In this document: in pieces, positions 38,704 through 49,060 of the stretch
Position numbering within the stretch: the stretch's first letter is position 1
Layout of the letters: each line of letters opens with the position of its first letter
Source: Candidatus Termititenax sp.
GTDB taxonomy: Bacteria > Margulisbacteria > Riflemargulisbacteria > GWF2-35-9 > DYQY01
Assembly (NCBI GenBank): GCA_020719045.1
Contig: DYQY01000003.1
Span: 62,149-126,148, forward strand
Reading direction: 5' to 3'
DNA length: 64,000 nt
Position numbers and translations under genes: made by a program
The notes under the pieces: model-generated
Database searches by the model: none
What the model saw: only the letters and a program-made list of their open reading frames with translations
What the model was told of the DNA's origin: nothing

Positions 38704-39414
38704 CTAAATTTCTCCCTTTAGATATTTTTGACGTTCTTCTTCTGGATACTTTTCAATAGCATATCTCAGCATCGTTCTAGGCATTGTTTTGTATCTTGAC
38801 TGAAGAAACTCATCCTCGCTAGTTTTGTCTCTGTTACCAATCTCTCTTAGCATCCACCCAACTGCCTTGTGAATAAGATCATGCTTATGGTGTAGCAAAA
38901 TATCTGAAATTGAAAATGCATCCTTAAAATCCCTCTGACGAATGAAGTAAAAAGTACTCATGATGGCAATCCGCTGTTTCCACAAATCATCTAATCGCGC
39001 CCACTCGTAAAGCAACTGTCTGTCTTTATCCCACAAATAAGGACCTAGCAACTTTGGTGTAGACAAGTCTACCAAATCCCAATTGTTAATGCCTGTTATA
39101 TTATCTAAATATGTTTGAATTATCTCTTCTCTAACTGAAGCTGTGGCTTTTTCAAACTTAAATATCAAAATAAATACTGCTGTCATTCTTTCCTCATGAA
39201 TAGATGAAGTTAACAAGCTTGCACAATAACCTAATGGTAAATCCTTATATTTCTTTGAAATTATTCTTTGCTCAGGAACTGTGACACCAATAAATTTATC
39301 TCCTTCGCCATACTCTCCTGGTTTTGTCTTAAAAAACCGCTGATAAATCAAAGCTTTATCCTTGTTTGACAACTTAAAAAGGTCATCTTTTAAATTTTGC
39401 AGACTAATTACCAT
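38704..39414 (-). CDS. DNA alkylation repair protein (AlkC/AlkD-like HEAT-repeat glycosylase family)
   Basis: 236 aa, helical-repeat pattern and overall similarity pattern to AlkD-family proteins. Confidence 0.55.
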   Translation of the reverse strand: MVISLQNLKDDLFKLSNKDKALIYQRFFKTKPGEYGEGDKFIGVTVPEQRIISKKYKDLPLGYCASLLTSSIHEERMTAVFILIFKFEKATASVREEIIQTYLDNITGINNWDLVDLSTPKLLGPYLWDKDRQLLYEWARLDDLWKQRIAIMSTFYFIRQRDFKDAFSISDILLHHKHDLIHKAVGWMLREIGNRDKTSEDEFLQSRYKTMPRTMLRYAIEKYPEEERQKYLKGEI

Positions 39415-39544
39415 ATTTAATATTCTACCCTATATTTACTAAACGACATATTTCTATTGTTTACAACTCTATATCAAATAAATCTTAACAATTTATCAAA
39501 TCGACCTTTAAAGTTCTAATTTATACATTATAATAGAAATAACC

Positions 39545-40465
39545 ATGAAAAAAATTATCATACTAACTTCGCTACTTATTTGTTTGTCCTTTGCTGGACC
39601 AATATTTGAGTTTAAATCCAATGTAAAAGAAACTCCTAAATGGATAGAAGAGTCTTTGGCTGGAATAAAACAAGAAATCAACAGATATGCAATGCCAAGC
39701 GGGGTTGTTGGTATTGCCATTAAAGACCTAACTTCTGATGAGTCTTTCTCGCTTAATGGAAATGTTCCTTTTAATCCAGCAAGCGTTATTAAAATTCCAG
39801 TTATGATAGAAGCATACCACCAAGACTCACTAGGAATCATCTCCCTAAATGACAAAATGAGACTAAGTAACAGGTTTAAACTTCCAGGGTCTGGAAGTCT
39901 TCAATACCATCAAGATGGTGAGCTATTTACAGTTAAAAGACTAATTGAGCTAATGATAACTGATAGTGATAACACTGCAACCTTCATGCTCATAGATAAA
40001 CTAGGAATAGCTAACATCAACTCATACATGAGAAGATGTGGTGTTTACAAAACAATAGTAAAAGACCCAACTATGTTTAACAAAGAAAAAGGAAAACACA
40101 ACATTACCTGCCCAGAAGATATGCTTAAACTAATGGATAAAATGTATAACGGAAAACTAGTTAATGCTAAGGCTTCTAATGAAATGCTCACAGTAATGAA
40201 AGGACAAAGACACAAATGGGGAATTGCCAGATTCTTACCGAATGTAACAATTGCCAACAAAACAGGTTCTTTAGACTTTGTAAGAAACGACGTAGGCATT
40301 ATTTATGCTAATAACAGACCATACATTATCTCTATTTTCAGTAGAGAATTACCCTCAAACCGCGGAGGAAGCGTTATGGTTGGAGCCTTATCTAAAGTAG
40401 TTTATGATGTTAGAAGTCATTGTACATTAAGCAATAAAAACAACGACGATTTCTCTAATAGCTAG
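39545..40465 (+). CDS. class A beta-lactamase-family serine hydrolase (secreted)
   Basis: Signal peptide, SxxK (ASVIK), SDN (TDSDNTA), KTG (NKTGS). Confidence 0.7.
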   Translation: MKKIIILTSLLICLSFAGPIFEFKSNVKETPKWIEESLAGIKQEINRYAMPSGVVGIAIKDLTSDESFSLNGNVPFNPASVIKIPVMIEAYHQDSLGIISLNDKMRLSNRFKLPGSGSLQYHQDGELFTVKRLIELMITDSDNTATFMLIDKLGIANINSYMRRCGVYKTIVKDPTMFNKEKGKHNITCPEDMLKLMDKMYNGKLVNAKASNEMLTVMKGQRHKWGIARFLPNVTIANKTGSLDFVRNDVGIIYANNRPYIISIFSRELPSNRGGSVMVGALSKVVYDVRSHCTLSNKNNDDFSNS

Positions 40466-40980
40466 TCGCCTAATAAGTCAGTCCAACACTCAATCTGCAT
40501 CTGCACATCAGCTGGAATATTTTCTAAGGCACCATCAATCTTTATTGATTCTATCTTATCGCCTTGCTCAATCTTGTTAACTACCTCTTGGTCTTTCTTA
40601 GCAGCGACTTTACCAAACACAGTGTGTTTGCCATCTAACCATGGGGTGCTTACATGAGTAATAAAGAATTGACTACCATTAGTGCCTGGTCCTGCATTCG
40701 CCATTGATAAAACACCTGGCTGGTCATGCTTTAAATCCTCACAAATCTCATCCTTAAAATTATATCCAGGACCACCAGTTCCAGTGCCTAATGGACACCC
40801 GCCCTGAATCATAAAATCCTCAATAACTCTATGAAACTTTAGTCCATCATAATAACCTCTGCTTGCAAGATTAACAAAATTAGAGACGGTCAGTGGCGTC
40901 TTGTCTAAAAACAAATCTAAGCGAATAGACCCTTTGTTTGTTTTTATTGTTGCTCTAATTGTACCTTTTGGTCTTTTCAT
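40462..40980 (-). CDS. ppi: cyclophilin-type peptidyl-prolyl cis-trans isomerase
   Basis: [13 protein letters not shown]...[11 protein letters not shown] signature. Confidence 0.9.
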   Translation of the reverse strand: MKRPKGTIRATIKTNKGSIRLDLFLDKTPLTVSNFVNLASRGYYDGLKFHRVIEDFMIQGGCPLGTGTGGPGYNFKDEICEDLKHDQPGVLSMANAGPGTNGSQFFITHVSTPWLDGKHTVFGKVAAKKDQEVVNKIEQGDKIESIKIDGALENIPADVQMQIECWTDLLGD

Positions 40981-41055
40981 AATGACATCTCCATATCTTT
41001 AAATTTGAAAATTAGTTTACCAATTTGGATTAAAATAGGCAAATAATATAAAGTA

Positions 41056-42369
41056 CTAAAGAATTTTTAAATACTCATTTAGTGCTTTAGCATAATAGTC
41101 TGGACTACGAGGGTCAGTGTAAACACCACTATTACGTAAATACAAAGAAAACTCTTTAAAAAAAGCAAAAGACACTTGCGGTGTTTTATGACGACCAGAG
41201 TTGTAATATATATCAACTGTTTTATCAATATCTTTAAGCAAACATACATCCTCATAAGATAACCAAGGTGTTGAGATAACTTCATATGGTGGAGCTGATA
41301 AATAGAGGTAATCATGGTTACTTTTAGCGAACTTTTCCATCTCTGTACCATTTAATATTTTAAGAAAACCAAGTTGTAACATATCAGGTTTTAGGCTCAT
41401 AGCATAATCAAACGACTTTTCAAAAGTCTCAAAATCTTCAAACGGCAAACCAGCTATTAAATCTACATGTAAATGAATATTTTCTCCTATTTCTAGCATA
41501 TTTGACTTAAGCTTATTTAAGTCAGTTGTGCGATTTATAGCTTTAAGTGTAGGCAGATGAGAACTCTGAACACCTGCCTCAAGCTGTATAGCATTTTGTG
41601 GAGCATTTTTCAGTAAAGCTAAATCTTCTTTGGTTAATAAATCTCCTGATATCTCAAAATGAAAAGTTGTTTTTTCATTATGATTTTTAATAATATTTTC
41701 CCATATAGGATAATATCTTTCTCTATCCAGATTGAAGGTTCTATCAACAAACTTCACAAGTTTAACCTTGCGCTGCATAAAATAATTGATGTCATTAATA
41801 ACTCGTTCAAAACTAAAATATCGAACCTTGCTTTCAATAGAAGACATGCAATATGCACAACTAAAAGGGCATCCTCGTGATGACTCATAATAAATAATCT
41901 GATTGCGAGACTGTTCGATATCAGCATCATCATAGGGGAAAGGAATATAATCCAAGGAGCATCCATCAGATAGCTCAGGCTTAAAACCTAAATACTCTGT
42001 TACTGCTATTTCCCCATCTCCTACTAAAACTGCATCTATTTCTGGATAATCGCTTAAGATACTATCCTTGCGATACATTACTTCAGGTCCACCAACTGCA
42101 ACAACTGTTTCAGGCAATAGTTTTTTAAACTCTTTAATAAGTTTAAAGGTCATCTCAACATTCCAAATATATACAGAAAATAAAACCATATCAGGTTTTT
42201 CATCATAAAGCTCACGCAAAATATCTGTGAACTTTTGCTTAATATTCCATTCTTTAATCACAATCTCTTGTTTTGGTGCAATTTTCGCTAAATATTTTTG
42301 TATGTATCTTATAGCTAAATTTAAATGAATATATTTTGAATTAATCGATGCAACAACTATTTTTGTCAT
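41056..42369 (-). CDS. B12-binding-domain radical SAM protein
   Basis: N-terminal B12-binding Rossmann-like region plus canonical SSRGCPFSCAYC (CX3CX2C). Confidence 0.75.
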   Translation of the reverse strand: MTKIVVASINSKYIHLNLAIRYIQKYLAKIAPKQEIVIKEWNIKQKFTDILRELYDEKPDMVLFSVYIWNVEMTFKLIKEFKKLLPETVVAVGGPEVMYRKDSILSDYPEIDAVLVGDGEIAVTEYLGFKPELSDGCSLDYIPFPYDDADIEQSRNQIIYYESSRGCPFSCAYCMSSIESKVRYFSFERVINDINYFMQRKVKLVKFVDRTFNLDRERYYPIWENIIKNHNEKTTFHFEISGDLLTKEDLALLKNAPQNAIQLEAGVQSSHLPTLKAINRTTDLNKLKSNMLEIGENIHLHVDLIAGLPFEDFETFEKSFDYAMSLKPDMLQLGFLKILNGTEMEKFAKSNHDYLYLSAPPYEVISTPWLSYEDVCLLKDIDKTVDIYYNSGRHKTPQVSFAFFKEFSLYLRNSGVYTDPRSPDYYAKALNEYLKIL

Positions 42370-42496
42370 AACAATATTCTATGCTGAGTTAAGGGAGAAT
42401 AATAGTAATAAGTCACCTATTCTTCAAACTCCTTCATCTTTTTACCTTCTTAAACCTTTGCCTTACCATTTCGCTTATAATTCTTCAACTTCCTAG

Positions 42497-42525
42497 TTGA
42501 CATTGAAAATACTAACATCTATAAT
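42497..42525 (+). promoter_or_regulatory. sigma70-like promoter for the iscRSU operon
   Basis: TTGACA (42497-42502), a 17-nt spacer, then TATAAT (42520-42525), about 30 nt upstream of the iscR ATG at 42554. Confidence 0.5.
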
Positions 42526-42553
42526 CATACCAAACAAGTAGGAATAGTATGAA

Positions 42554-42997
42554 ATGAAAGTATCAACAAAACTAAAGTATGGATTAAAGTTATTAATTTA
42601 CTTGGGAGCAAACCAAGAAGGGAATATTACTTTAAAAGAAGTAGCCGAAAAAGAGAACATCTCAGTAAAATACCTTGAACAGATTGTCACCATTCTTAGG
42701 CCACTACAAATACTTAACTCTACTAGAGGTAATAATGGTGGATATGCTCTTTCTAAGCATCCAAAGGAAATTTCATTATTTGATATCTTCAATACATTAG
42801 AAGGTAACTTCTTTGAAATGAACTGCGTAGAACTACCTGGATCATGCACCAGTTCTGGCATCTGCCCAACTCGTGATTTGTGGGTAGATATGCGACAACT
42901 ATATGTTGGCTATCTAAAAGAAAAAACCATTCAAGATTTGGTTAAAAAATATAAAGGGAGGAAACAAAATGAATACAGCAATTTATCTAGACCATAA
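42554..42997 (+). CDS. iscR: Rrf2-family transcriptional regulator (IscR-like)
   Basis: Rrf2 wHTH N-terminus and a Cys-containing segment (CTSSGIC); heads the iscS-iscU operon. Confidence 0.8.
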   Translation: MKVSTKLKYGLKLLIYLGANQEGNITLKEVAEKENISVKYLEQIVTILRPLQILNSTRGNNGGYALSKHPKEISLFDIFNTLEGNFFEMNCVELPGSCTSSGICPTRDLWVDMRQLYVGYLKEKTIQDLVKKYKGRKQNEYSNLSRP

Positions 42998-44138
42998 TGC
43001 AACTACCTATGTTGATCCAAAGGTTGTTGACGCCATGTTGCCATACTTTACAGAAAAGTTTGCTAATCCATCCAGCATCTACAGCATCAGTGAGGAAGTT
43101 CAAGCTGACATCCAAACTGCTAGGGAAACAATTCAAAATCTGCTTCACGCAAAAAATGGAAAAATCATTTTCACTGGAGGAGGAAGCGAATCTGACAACC
43201 TTGCAATTAAAGGTTATGCTTACGCTAACCAATCTAAAGGAAAACACATCATCACTTCTCAAATTGAACACCATGCTGTCATTCACACTTGTGAGCAGTT
43301 AGAAAAAGAAGGCTTCACGGTTACTTACGTGCCAGTTGATGACAAGGGTGTAGTAAAAATAGAAGAACTTAAGAAAGCTATTAAACAAGATACTATTTTA
43401 ATAACAATAATGTATGCAAACAATGAAACTGGAGTTATCCAACCTATCGAAGAAATTATCAAAATCGCTCATCAAACAAAGATTGCAGTACATTCTGATG
43501 CAGTTCAAATTATTGGTAAAAAAGAAATTAATATTGAAACACTAGATATCGATTTGCTAAGTTTCTCAGCTCATAAATTCTATGGACCAAAAGGCGTTGG
43601 TGGTCTGTTTGTTAAAAAAGGTATAAAAATTAACAATATCATCCAAGGAGGAGGACAAGAATTCAAACTAAGAGCTGGAACAGAAAATACAGCTGGCATC
43701 GTAGGAACAGCCAAAGCACTTGAAATAGCAATGCAAAACTGGAAAGAAGAATGGGATAAAGAAAAAAAGCTAAGAGATGAGCTTGAAAAATCACTATTAT
43801 CGCTAATACCAGAATCTCAGGTTAATGGGCATCTAGAAAATCGCCTTGCTAACACACTTAACATTATCATCAAATATGTTGAGGGGGAAAGTATGCTATT
43901 ACTACTAAACTCTAACAAAATATATGCTTCATCTGGTTCTGCCTGTACTTCTGGCTCACTTGACCCATCACACGTTTTGCTGGCGATGGGCATACCACAT
44001 GAACACGCTCACGGTTCACTCAGATTTAGTCTTGGCAAAAAAAACACCAAAGAGGACATAGCAAAAGTTATTGAGGTCTTGCCAGGGATAATAAACAGAT
44101 TAAGGGCAATGAGCCCTCTATACAAAGGAGGAAAATAA
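42969..44138 (+). CDS. iscS: cysteine desulfurase
   Basis: Class V aminotransferase motifs (SAHKFYGPKG, SSGSACTS). Confidence 0.9.
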   Translation: MNTAIYLDHNATTYVDPKVVDAMLPYFTEKFANPSSIYSISEEVQADIQTARETIQNLLHAKNGKIIFTGGGSESDNLAIKGYAYANQSKGKHIITSQIEHHAVIHTCEQLEKEGFTVTYVPVDDKGVVKIEELKKAIKQDTILITIMYANNETGVIQPIEEIIKIAHQTKIAVHSDAVQIIGKKEINIETLDIDLLSFSAHKFYGPKGVGGLFVKKGIKINNIIQGGGQEFKLRAGTENTAGIVGTAKALEIAMQNWKEEWDKEKKLRDELEKSLLSLIPESQVNGHLENRLANTLNIIIKYVEGESMLLLLNSNKIYASSGSACTSGSLDPSHVLLAMGIPHEHAHGSLRFSLGKKNTKEDIAKVIEVLPGIINRLRAMSPLYKGGK

Positions 44139-44139
44139 A

Positions 44140-44574
44140 ATGGGAATGAATTATAGTGAAAAGGTATTAGATCATTTTAATGATCCTAGAAATGTTGGAG
44201 AACTTAAGGATGCAGATGGTGTAGGCACTGTTGGAAACGCAAAATGTGGAGATATCATGCAGGTGTATATCAAAGTAAAAGATAACGTTATTACCGATTC
44301 TAGCTTCAAAGCGTTTGGCTGTGGTGCTGCTGTTGCAACTTGCTCCATGGCTACAGAGCTTATCAAAGGTAAAACTCTTGAGGAGGCTCTTACAATAACA
44401 AATAAAGCAGTTATGGAAGCACTAGACGGCTTACCTCCAGTAAAAATACATTGCTCGGTACTAGCAGAAGAAGCTATTCATGCTGCAATTAATGATTACC
44501 TTGTAAAAACTACTGGTGTTGGATTACCAGAAAAAGGATGTACTGGATGCTGTAGTTCTTGCGGTAAGCACTAA
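44140..44574 (+). CDS. iscU: Fe-S cluster assembly scaffold IscU/NifU
   Basis: GNAKCGD, GCGAA, HC conserved Cys-containing motifs. Confidence 0.9.
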   Translation: MGMNYSEKVLDHFNDPRNVGELKDADGVGTVGNAKCGDIMQVYIKVKDNVITDSSFKAFGCGAAVATCSMATELIKGKTLEEALTITNKAVMEALDGLPPVKIHCSVLAEEAIHAAINDYLVKTTGVGLPEKGCTGCCSSCGKH

Positions 44575-44613
44575 ACATGGTACAATAGTTAAAAAATTTT
44601 GGAGGATTAATTA

Positions 44614-45093
44614 ATGGCAGTGCAACCTATTATTGATTTAGCATCAATAGACCTAAAAAAAACAGCTATTTCTAAAGAAAGAATTCTTGAGCTTAATGCC
44701 CAAAGAGATGAGTTCGAACAATTAGATACGATTTCTTACATCGACCTTGAAAACCTTATTATTATAGGTCAAAAGGAACAAAAGAAAGATGAGTTCTGGA
44801 CCAGAGGACACATTCCAGGAAGACCAATTATGCCTGGAGTAATGATGATAGAAATGGCTGCCCAGCTTGGTTCTATTATGTTTCATGAAAAATATCAAAC
44901 TAATGGCACAAAATTCTTTGGATTTGGTGGAGTTAATAATGTTAAGTTCCGTGGAGCAGTTCTTCCCGGTCAGACACTAGTTATGGTTGCTAAAGCAATA
45001 GCTTTTAAATCAAGAATAGCGATTTTTTATACTCAAGGGTATATTGATGGAACTCTTGTGTTTGAAGCAGAAGTTACTGGGCTAATACTCTAA
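44614..45093 (+). CDS. FabZ/FabA-like hotdog-fold dehydratase
   Basis: F.TRGHIPGRPIMPGVMMIE matches the FabZ motif FxGHFPxxPVMPGV. Confidence 0.65.
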   Translation: MAVQPIIDLASIDLKKTAISKERILELNAQRDEFEQLDTISYIDLENLIIIGQKEQKKDEFWTRGHIPGRPIMPGVMMIEMAAQLGSIMFHEKYQTNGTKFFGFGGVNNVKFRGAVLPGQTLVMVAKAIAFKSRIAIFYTQGYIDGTLVFEAEVTGLIL

Positions 45094-45362
45094 TGAAAGT
45101 AGCAGCCGAAGGTAAGTTTGCCTTTGAGGAAATTGGTACAAGTGAAATAATTGGGTTCGTTTCTTGTGGTGGTTGTCCTGGGAAAAAAGCTGTAACCAGA
45201 GCTAAAATGATGGTTGATAGAGGCGCAGAAGCAATACTGGTAGCTTCATGCATAAGCAAAGGAAATCCCATTGGTTTTCCTTGCCCACATTACGAAAAGA
45301 TGCAAGAAAGCATAGAAAAGAAAATCGGGACTCAAGTAAAATTAATTGGATGGACTCATTAA
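45093..45362 (+). CDS. CGGC-domain small protein
   Basis: 89 aa with SCGGCPG and additional Cys residues; start overlaps the upstream stop (TAATG). Confidence 0.45.
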   Translation: MKVAAEGKFAFEEIGTSEIIGFVSCGGCPGKKAVTRAKMMVDRGAEAILVASCISKGNPIGFPCPHYEKMQESIEKKIGTQVKLIGWTH

Positions 45363-45414
45363 CCGTCTGTAAACAAAAAATTAGCATATTTACTCTTAAT
45401 TAGGAGGTTTTTGC

Positions 45415-47445
45415 TTGGACTTTAACTTTATAGCCAATTACGTGCCTGTTGTTGACCCAGTATATGTCTTTTCAATAGTCATGCTTTCTATCTTATTAAT
45501 GCCTGCACTAATGAGGAAACTAAATCTTCCAGAAGCAATAGGCATAATCATTGCAGGGATAATTTTAGGACCTACCGGACTAGACATCATAGAGAAAAAC
45601 TCCAGCATAATACTTCTAGGTACTGTAGGCATTGTCTATATTATGTTTATCTCTGGACTAGAAATGAACATCAACGACTTTAAAAAGAATTCTAAGAAAA
45701 GCTTGATTTTCGGTACACTTACTTTCTTTTTACCTCAAATAATTGGTACAACTATTGCCTATTACTTCATGAACATGAATATTTTAAACTCTGTTCTGCT
45801 TGGAAGCATCTACGCATCGCACACTCTGCTGAGTTATCCTATTATTAGCAAATTAGGAGCTAAAGATGATGAATCAGTATTAGTTACAATTGGTGGCACT
45901 CTTCTTACAAATAGCCTTTCTTTTGGTGTATTAGCTGTTATTGTAAGTATTAATGCAGGGAAAATGGATGTCCATTTTGGTATTAATTTAATATTATTAT
46001 CATGCCTATTAGTGTTTATTTCTCTCTTCTTTATCCCTATTATTGCAAGATGGTTTTTTAAAAACTCACAAGGGGAAGGGAACTCTCACTTTATCTTTGT
46101 TATGGTTATTGTATTTGTATCTTCCTCTATAAGTAAAATTATAGGACTTGAACCTATTATTGGAGCTATGCTTGCTGGACTCGCAATAAACTCACTAATA
46201 CCGTCTAACTCAACACTTATGAACAGAATAAACTTTATTGGCAATACTCTATTTCTGCCTTTCTTCTTAATTTACGTTGGAATGTTAGTTGATGTTAGAA
46301 TCTTCTTTTCTGACCCAAAAACACTCATTATTACTTTATTAATGACTATAATTGCCACTTCAACAAAATGGCTTGCTGCTATGATTAGCAAAAAAATATT
46401 TAACTACACAAAAGACCAAGGAAACATTATGTTTGGCCTAAGCAACTCCCAGGCTGTAAGCACATTGGCTGCTGTCATGATCGGCTATAACCTAAAGATT
46501 TTTGATGCATATATACTTAATGGAACAATTGGCATGATGCTTTTCACTTGCATAATAAGTGCAATCGTAAGCGAAAAAGCTACAAAGAAGCTACTACTCA
46601 CACAGTCCACAACAAAAGCTCAAGAAGAAGAACAAAAAGAAGAACAAATTCTTGTCCCAATAAATAATCCGAAAACACTTGGCACCTTGGTTGACCTGTC
46701 TCTGCTTATAAAATCATCAAGTAGCTTAAGCCCTATTTACCCACTAATTATAGTATCTGACTCGGAGAATGCTAGTGCTGAACTTAAAGAAAAACAAAAA
46801 ATACTAATTGATGCAAGTAATTACGCTGCAGGCTCAGAAAATATCACCAAACTTATTTCTAGAATCGACGTTAACCCAGCAAGTGGAATAATTCGTGTAG
46901 AAAAAGAACTTGGAATCAGCCATACAATTATGGGCTGGAGCGAAAGACATTCAAAAAGTGGTATAATATTTGGCACCACGCTTGATCACCTACTTGAAGG
47001 AAGTTCCAGTATTCTGTTTGTCACCAAAGCATCTTTATCTTGGAGTATTATGAAAAAAATCATACTAATCTTACCAGAAAATGCAGAATTAGAAATTAGC
47101 TTTACCTGTATAATTAAATCCATTATCTTTTTAGCAAGCAGAATCAAAGTCCCAGTTCATATTTCAGGAGCAGAGTCTCAAATAAATACCATAAAAGATA
47201 TTGTCACCAAACTCAAGATTAACATTCCAATATTTGATATAAATGAGGCAAATATTGAAGACTATATTGAAAGCAACATTAAGCCTTTTGAAATACCAAT
47301 AATATACTCTGGAAGGCCAAACAGCCTAATCTGGAGCCCTTCTTGGGAAAAACTCATTAACAAAGTTGCTAATAAGAAAGAAAATAATAATTTTATTGTT
47401 ATATACAGCCAAATTGAAAAACTAACTAATACTGCAGACTACTAA
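45415..47445 (+). CDS. cation:proton antiporter (CPA family) with C-terminal cytoplasmic regulatory domain
   Basis: ~12 TM N-terminal domain plus a ~270 aa soluble C-terminus; TTG start 6 nt after AGGAGG. Confidence 0.7.
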   Translation: MDFNFIANYVPVVDPVYVFSIVMLSILLMPALMRKLNLPEAIGIIIAGIILGPTGLDIIEKNSSIILLGTVGIVYIMFISGLEMNINDFKKNSKKSLIFGTLTFFLPQIIGTTIAYYFMNMNILNSVLLGSIYASHTLLSYPIISKLGAKDDESVLVTIGGTLLTNSLSFGVLAVIVSINAGKMDVHFGINLILLSCLLVFISLFFIPIIARWFFKNSQGEGNSHFIFVMVIVFVSSSISKIIGLEPIIGAMLAGLAINSLIPSNSTLMNRINFIGNTLFLPFFLIYVGMLVDVRIFFSDPKTLIITLLMTIIATSTKWLAAMISKKIFNYTKDQGNIMFGLSNSQAVSTLAAVMIGYNLKIFDAYILNGTIGMMLFTCIISAIVSEKATKKLLLTQSTTKAQEEEQKEEQILVPINNPKTLGTLVDLSLLIKSSSSLSPIYPLIIVSDSENASAELKEKQKILIDASNYAAGSENITKLISRIDVNPASGIIRVEKELGISHTIMGWSERHSKSGIIFGTTLDHLLEGSSSILFVTKASLSWSIMKKIILILPENAELEISFTCIIKSIIFLASRIKVPVHISGAESQINTIKDIVTKLKINIPIFDINEANIEDYIESNIKPFEIPIIYSGRPNSLIWSPSWEKLINKVANKKENNNFIVIYSQIEKLTNTADY

Positions 47446-48086
47446 CCACCGGCTAGCTCAACTAATTTATCATAATCCTGAACCACAACTGTCTTCCCGA
47501 ATACCTTAAGAACGCCTAGTTGATGTAGTTTCTGAAAGTTTCTTGATAAAGTCTCTGGCACTGTACCTACAAAATTTGCAATCTCTTTTTTAGAAATACT
47601 CATCTCAAATTGCTCAGACAGTTCAGCTTTCTCTAACAAATCATTGTCATTAATATACTTTAAAATAAACCCAGCAAGCCTAGAAGAAACATCCTGCAAA
47701 CTAAACTGATAAATTTTTTCATTAAGCATTAAGCACCTCTGTGAAAGTACTTTAATAAAAAACATACTTAGCTCACTATTTTCTCTAATAGCCTGCAAAA
47801 TCTCTCTTTTCGAGTACTCAATTACCTTGCTCTCTTTAACAACCATTGCACCAACAGGATACTTGCTATCCGTAAAAACCATAACCTCAGCAAATACTTC
47901 ACTAGGCAATACTCTACGAATTACTGTTTCTTTTCCGTCTTGATTTAGCTTGAATAAACTAACCTCACCACTTAAGAGCAAATAAAAAATACTGGCATCT
48001 TCATCAATATGAAAAAGCACCTCTCCCTGACTAACTACTCGCTCATGCCCATATCCAGCTAACTTTTCCTGCCAGTTTACTTGCAT
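47442..48086 (-). CDS. Crp/Fnr-family transcriptional regulator (HcpR-like by context)
   Basis: N-terminal cNMP-binding-like beta-roll and a C-terminal HTH (ISKKEIANFVGTVPETLSRNFQKL); divergent from the hcp operon. Confidence 0.8.
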   Translation of the reverse strand: MQVNWQEKLAGYGHERVVSQGEVLFHIDEDASIFYLLLSGEVSLFKLNQDGKETVIRRVLPSEVFAEVMVFTDSKYPVGAMVVKESKVIEYSKREILQAIRENSELSMFFIKVLSQRCLMLNEKIYQFSLQDVSSRLAGFILKYINDNDLLEKAELSEQFEMSISKKEIANFVGTVPETLSRNFQKLHQLGVLKVFGKTVVVQDYDKLVELAGG

Positions 48087-48129
48087 TAAAACCCCTTCAT
48101 TTAAACAGAAAACATCGTTCTTTTCTGTT

Positions 48130-48143
48130 TTGACTTAAGTCAA
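48130..48143. promoter_or_regulatory. perfect 14-bp palindrome TTGACTTAAGTCAA (Crp/Fnr-type half-sites TTGAC-N4-GTCAA)
   Basis: Lies between the divergent Crp/Fnr regulator gene and the ferredoxin-hcp operon. Confidence 0.55.
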
Positions 48144-48201
48144 TTCTATTATGCTTATAGTATATCAAAATTACTACAGAAAAAAGAAAGGAGTTATAAT
48201 T

Positions 48202-48996
48202 ATGGTACTCAGAAAATTCATCGAAATAAATGAAGATAAATGTAATGGTTGTGGAAACTGCGTTGTTGACTGTGCGGAGGGCGCACTACAAATAGTTAAT
48301 GGCAAAGCAAAAGTTGTCAAAGAACAATTCTGCGACGGTCTAGGTGCTTGTATTGGTAGTTGCCCAGTTGATGCACTTAAAATAGCAGAAAAAGATGTAG
48401 CAGAGTTTGACGAACACGCTGTTGAAAAACATCTAAAAAGCAATAACAACCCAAAACTACAGCTAGTTAAAAAAGAAGAAAAAAAAGGCTGTGGTGGAGG
48501 ATGCCCTGGAACTAGAGCTATAGAAATCAAAAGAAACATTAACTCAGAAGTAAACAGGCAGAGTTTTCATGAAGAACAAGGCATCAAACATGGAGTGACA
48601 GGTAAAGATAGCGCAATTATTCGAGAAAACTCAAGCTGTTTAACCCAATGGCCTGTGCAACTTCACCTGATTAGCCCACAAGCTCCATACCTTAAAGGAG
48701 CTAAGCTTCTTGTTGCCGCAACTTGTTCAGCCTTTTCGTACGGTAATTTCCATCATGATTTTATTAAAGATCATATTGTAGTTGTTGCTTGCCCGAAGCT
48801 TGATAAAACAGAACCATACGTAGATAAACTTACAAGAATTATTACGGAAGGAGGGATTGCATCAATAACAGTAGTTAGAATGGAAGTACCATGTTGCGGT
48901 GGTCTAAGCCATCTTGTCAAAGAAGCTATCGCTAATTCAGGGAAAAAACTTCCATACTTAGAAGAAGTCATTACAGTAGATGGGAAAATTAAGTAG
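48202..48996 (+). CDS. 4Fe-4S ferredoxin-domain protein (hcp-associated)
   Basis: Two CxxCxxCxxxC(P) motifs ([23 protein letters not shown]) and further Cys clusters. Start moved to ATG 48202, which is in frame and preceded by an AGGAG RBS. Confidence 0.65.
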   Translation: MVLRKFIEINEDKCNGCGNCVVDCAEGALQIVNGKAKVVKEQFCDGLGACIGSCPVDALKIAEKDVAEFDEHAVEKHLKSNNNPKLQLVKKEEKKGCGGGCPGTRAIEIKRNINSEVNRQSFHEEQGIKHGVTGKDSAIIRENSSCLTQWPVQLHLISPQAPYLKGAKLLVAATCSAFSYGNFHHDFIKDHIVVVACPKLDKTEPYVDKLTRIITEGGIASITVVRMEVPCCGGLSHLVKEAIANSGKKLPYLEEVITVDGKIK

Positions 48997-49003
48997 GAAT
49001 AAT

Positions 49004-49029
49004 CCCCCTGATGCTTTTGCATCAGGGGG
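49004..49029. promoter_or_regulatory. 11-bp perfect-stem hairpin (ccccctgatgc-tttt-gcatcaggggg) between the ferredoxin gene and hcp
   Basis: Read directly from the sequence; there is no downstream U-run on the + strand, so it may be an attenuator or processing/stability element rather than a full terminator. Confidence 0.45.
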
Positions 49030-49060
49030 ATTACAAAAAATAAAAAAGGAGAAATATAAT

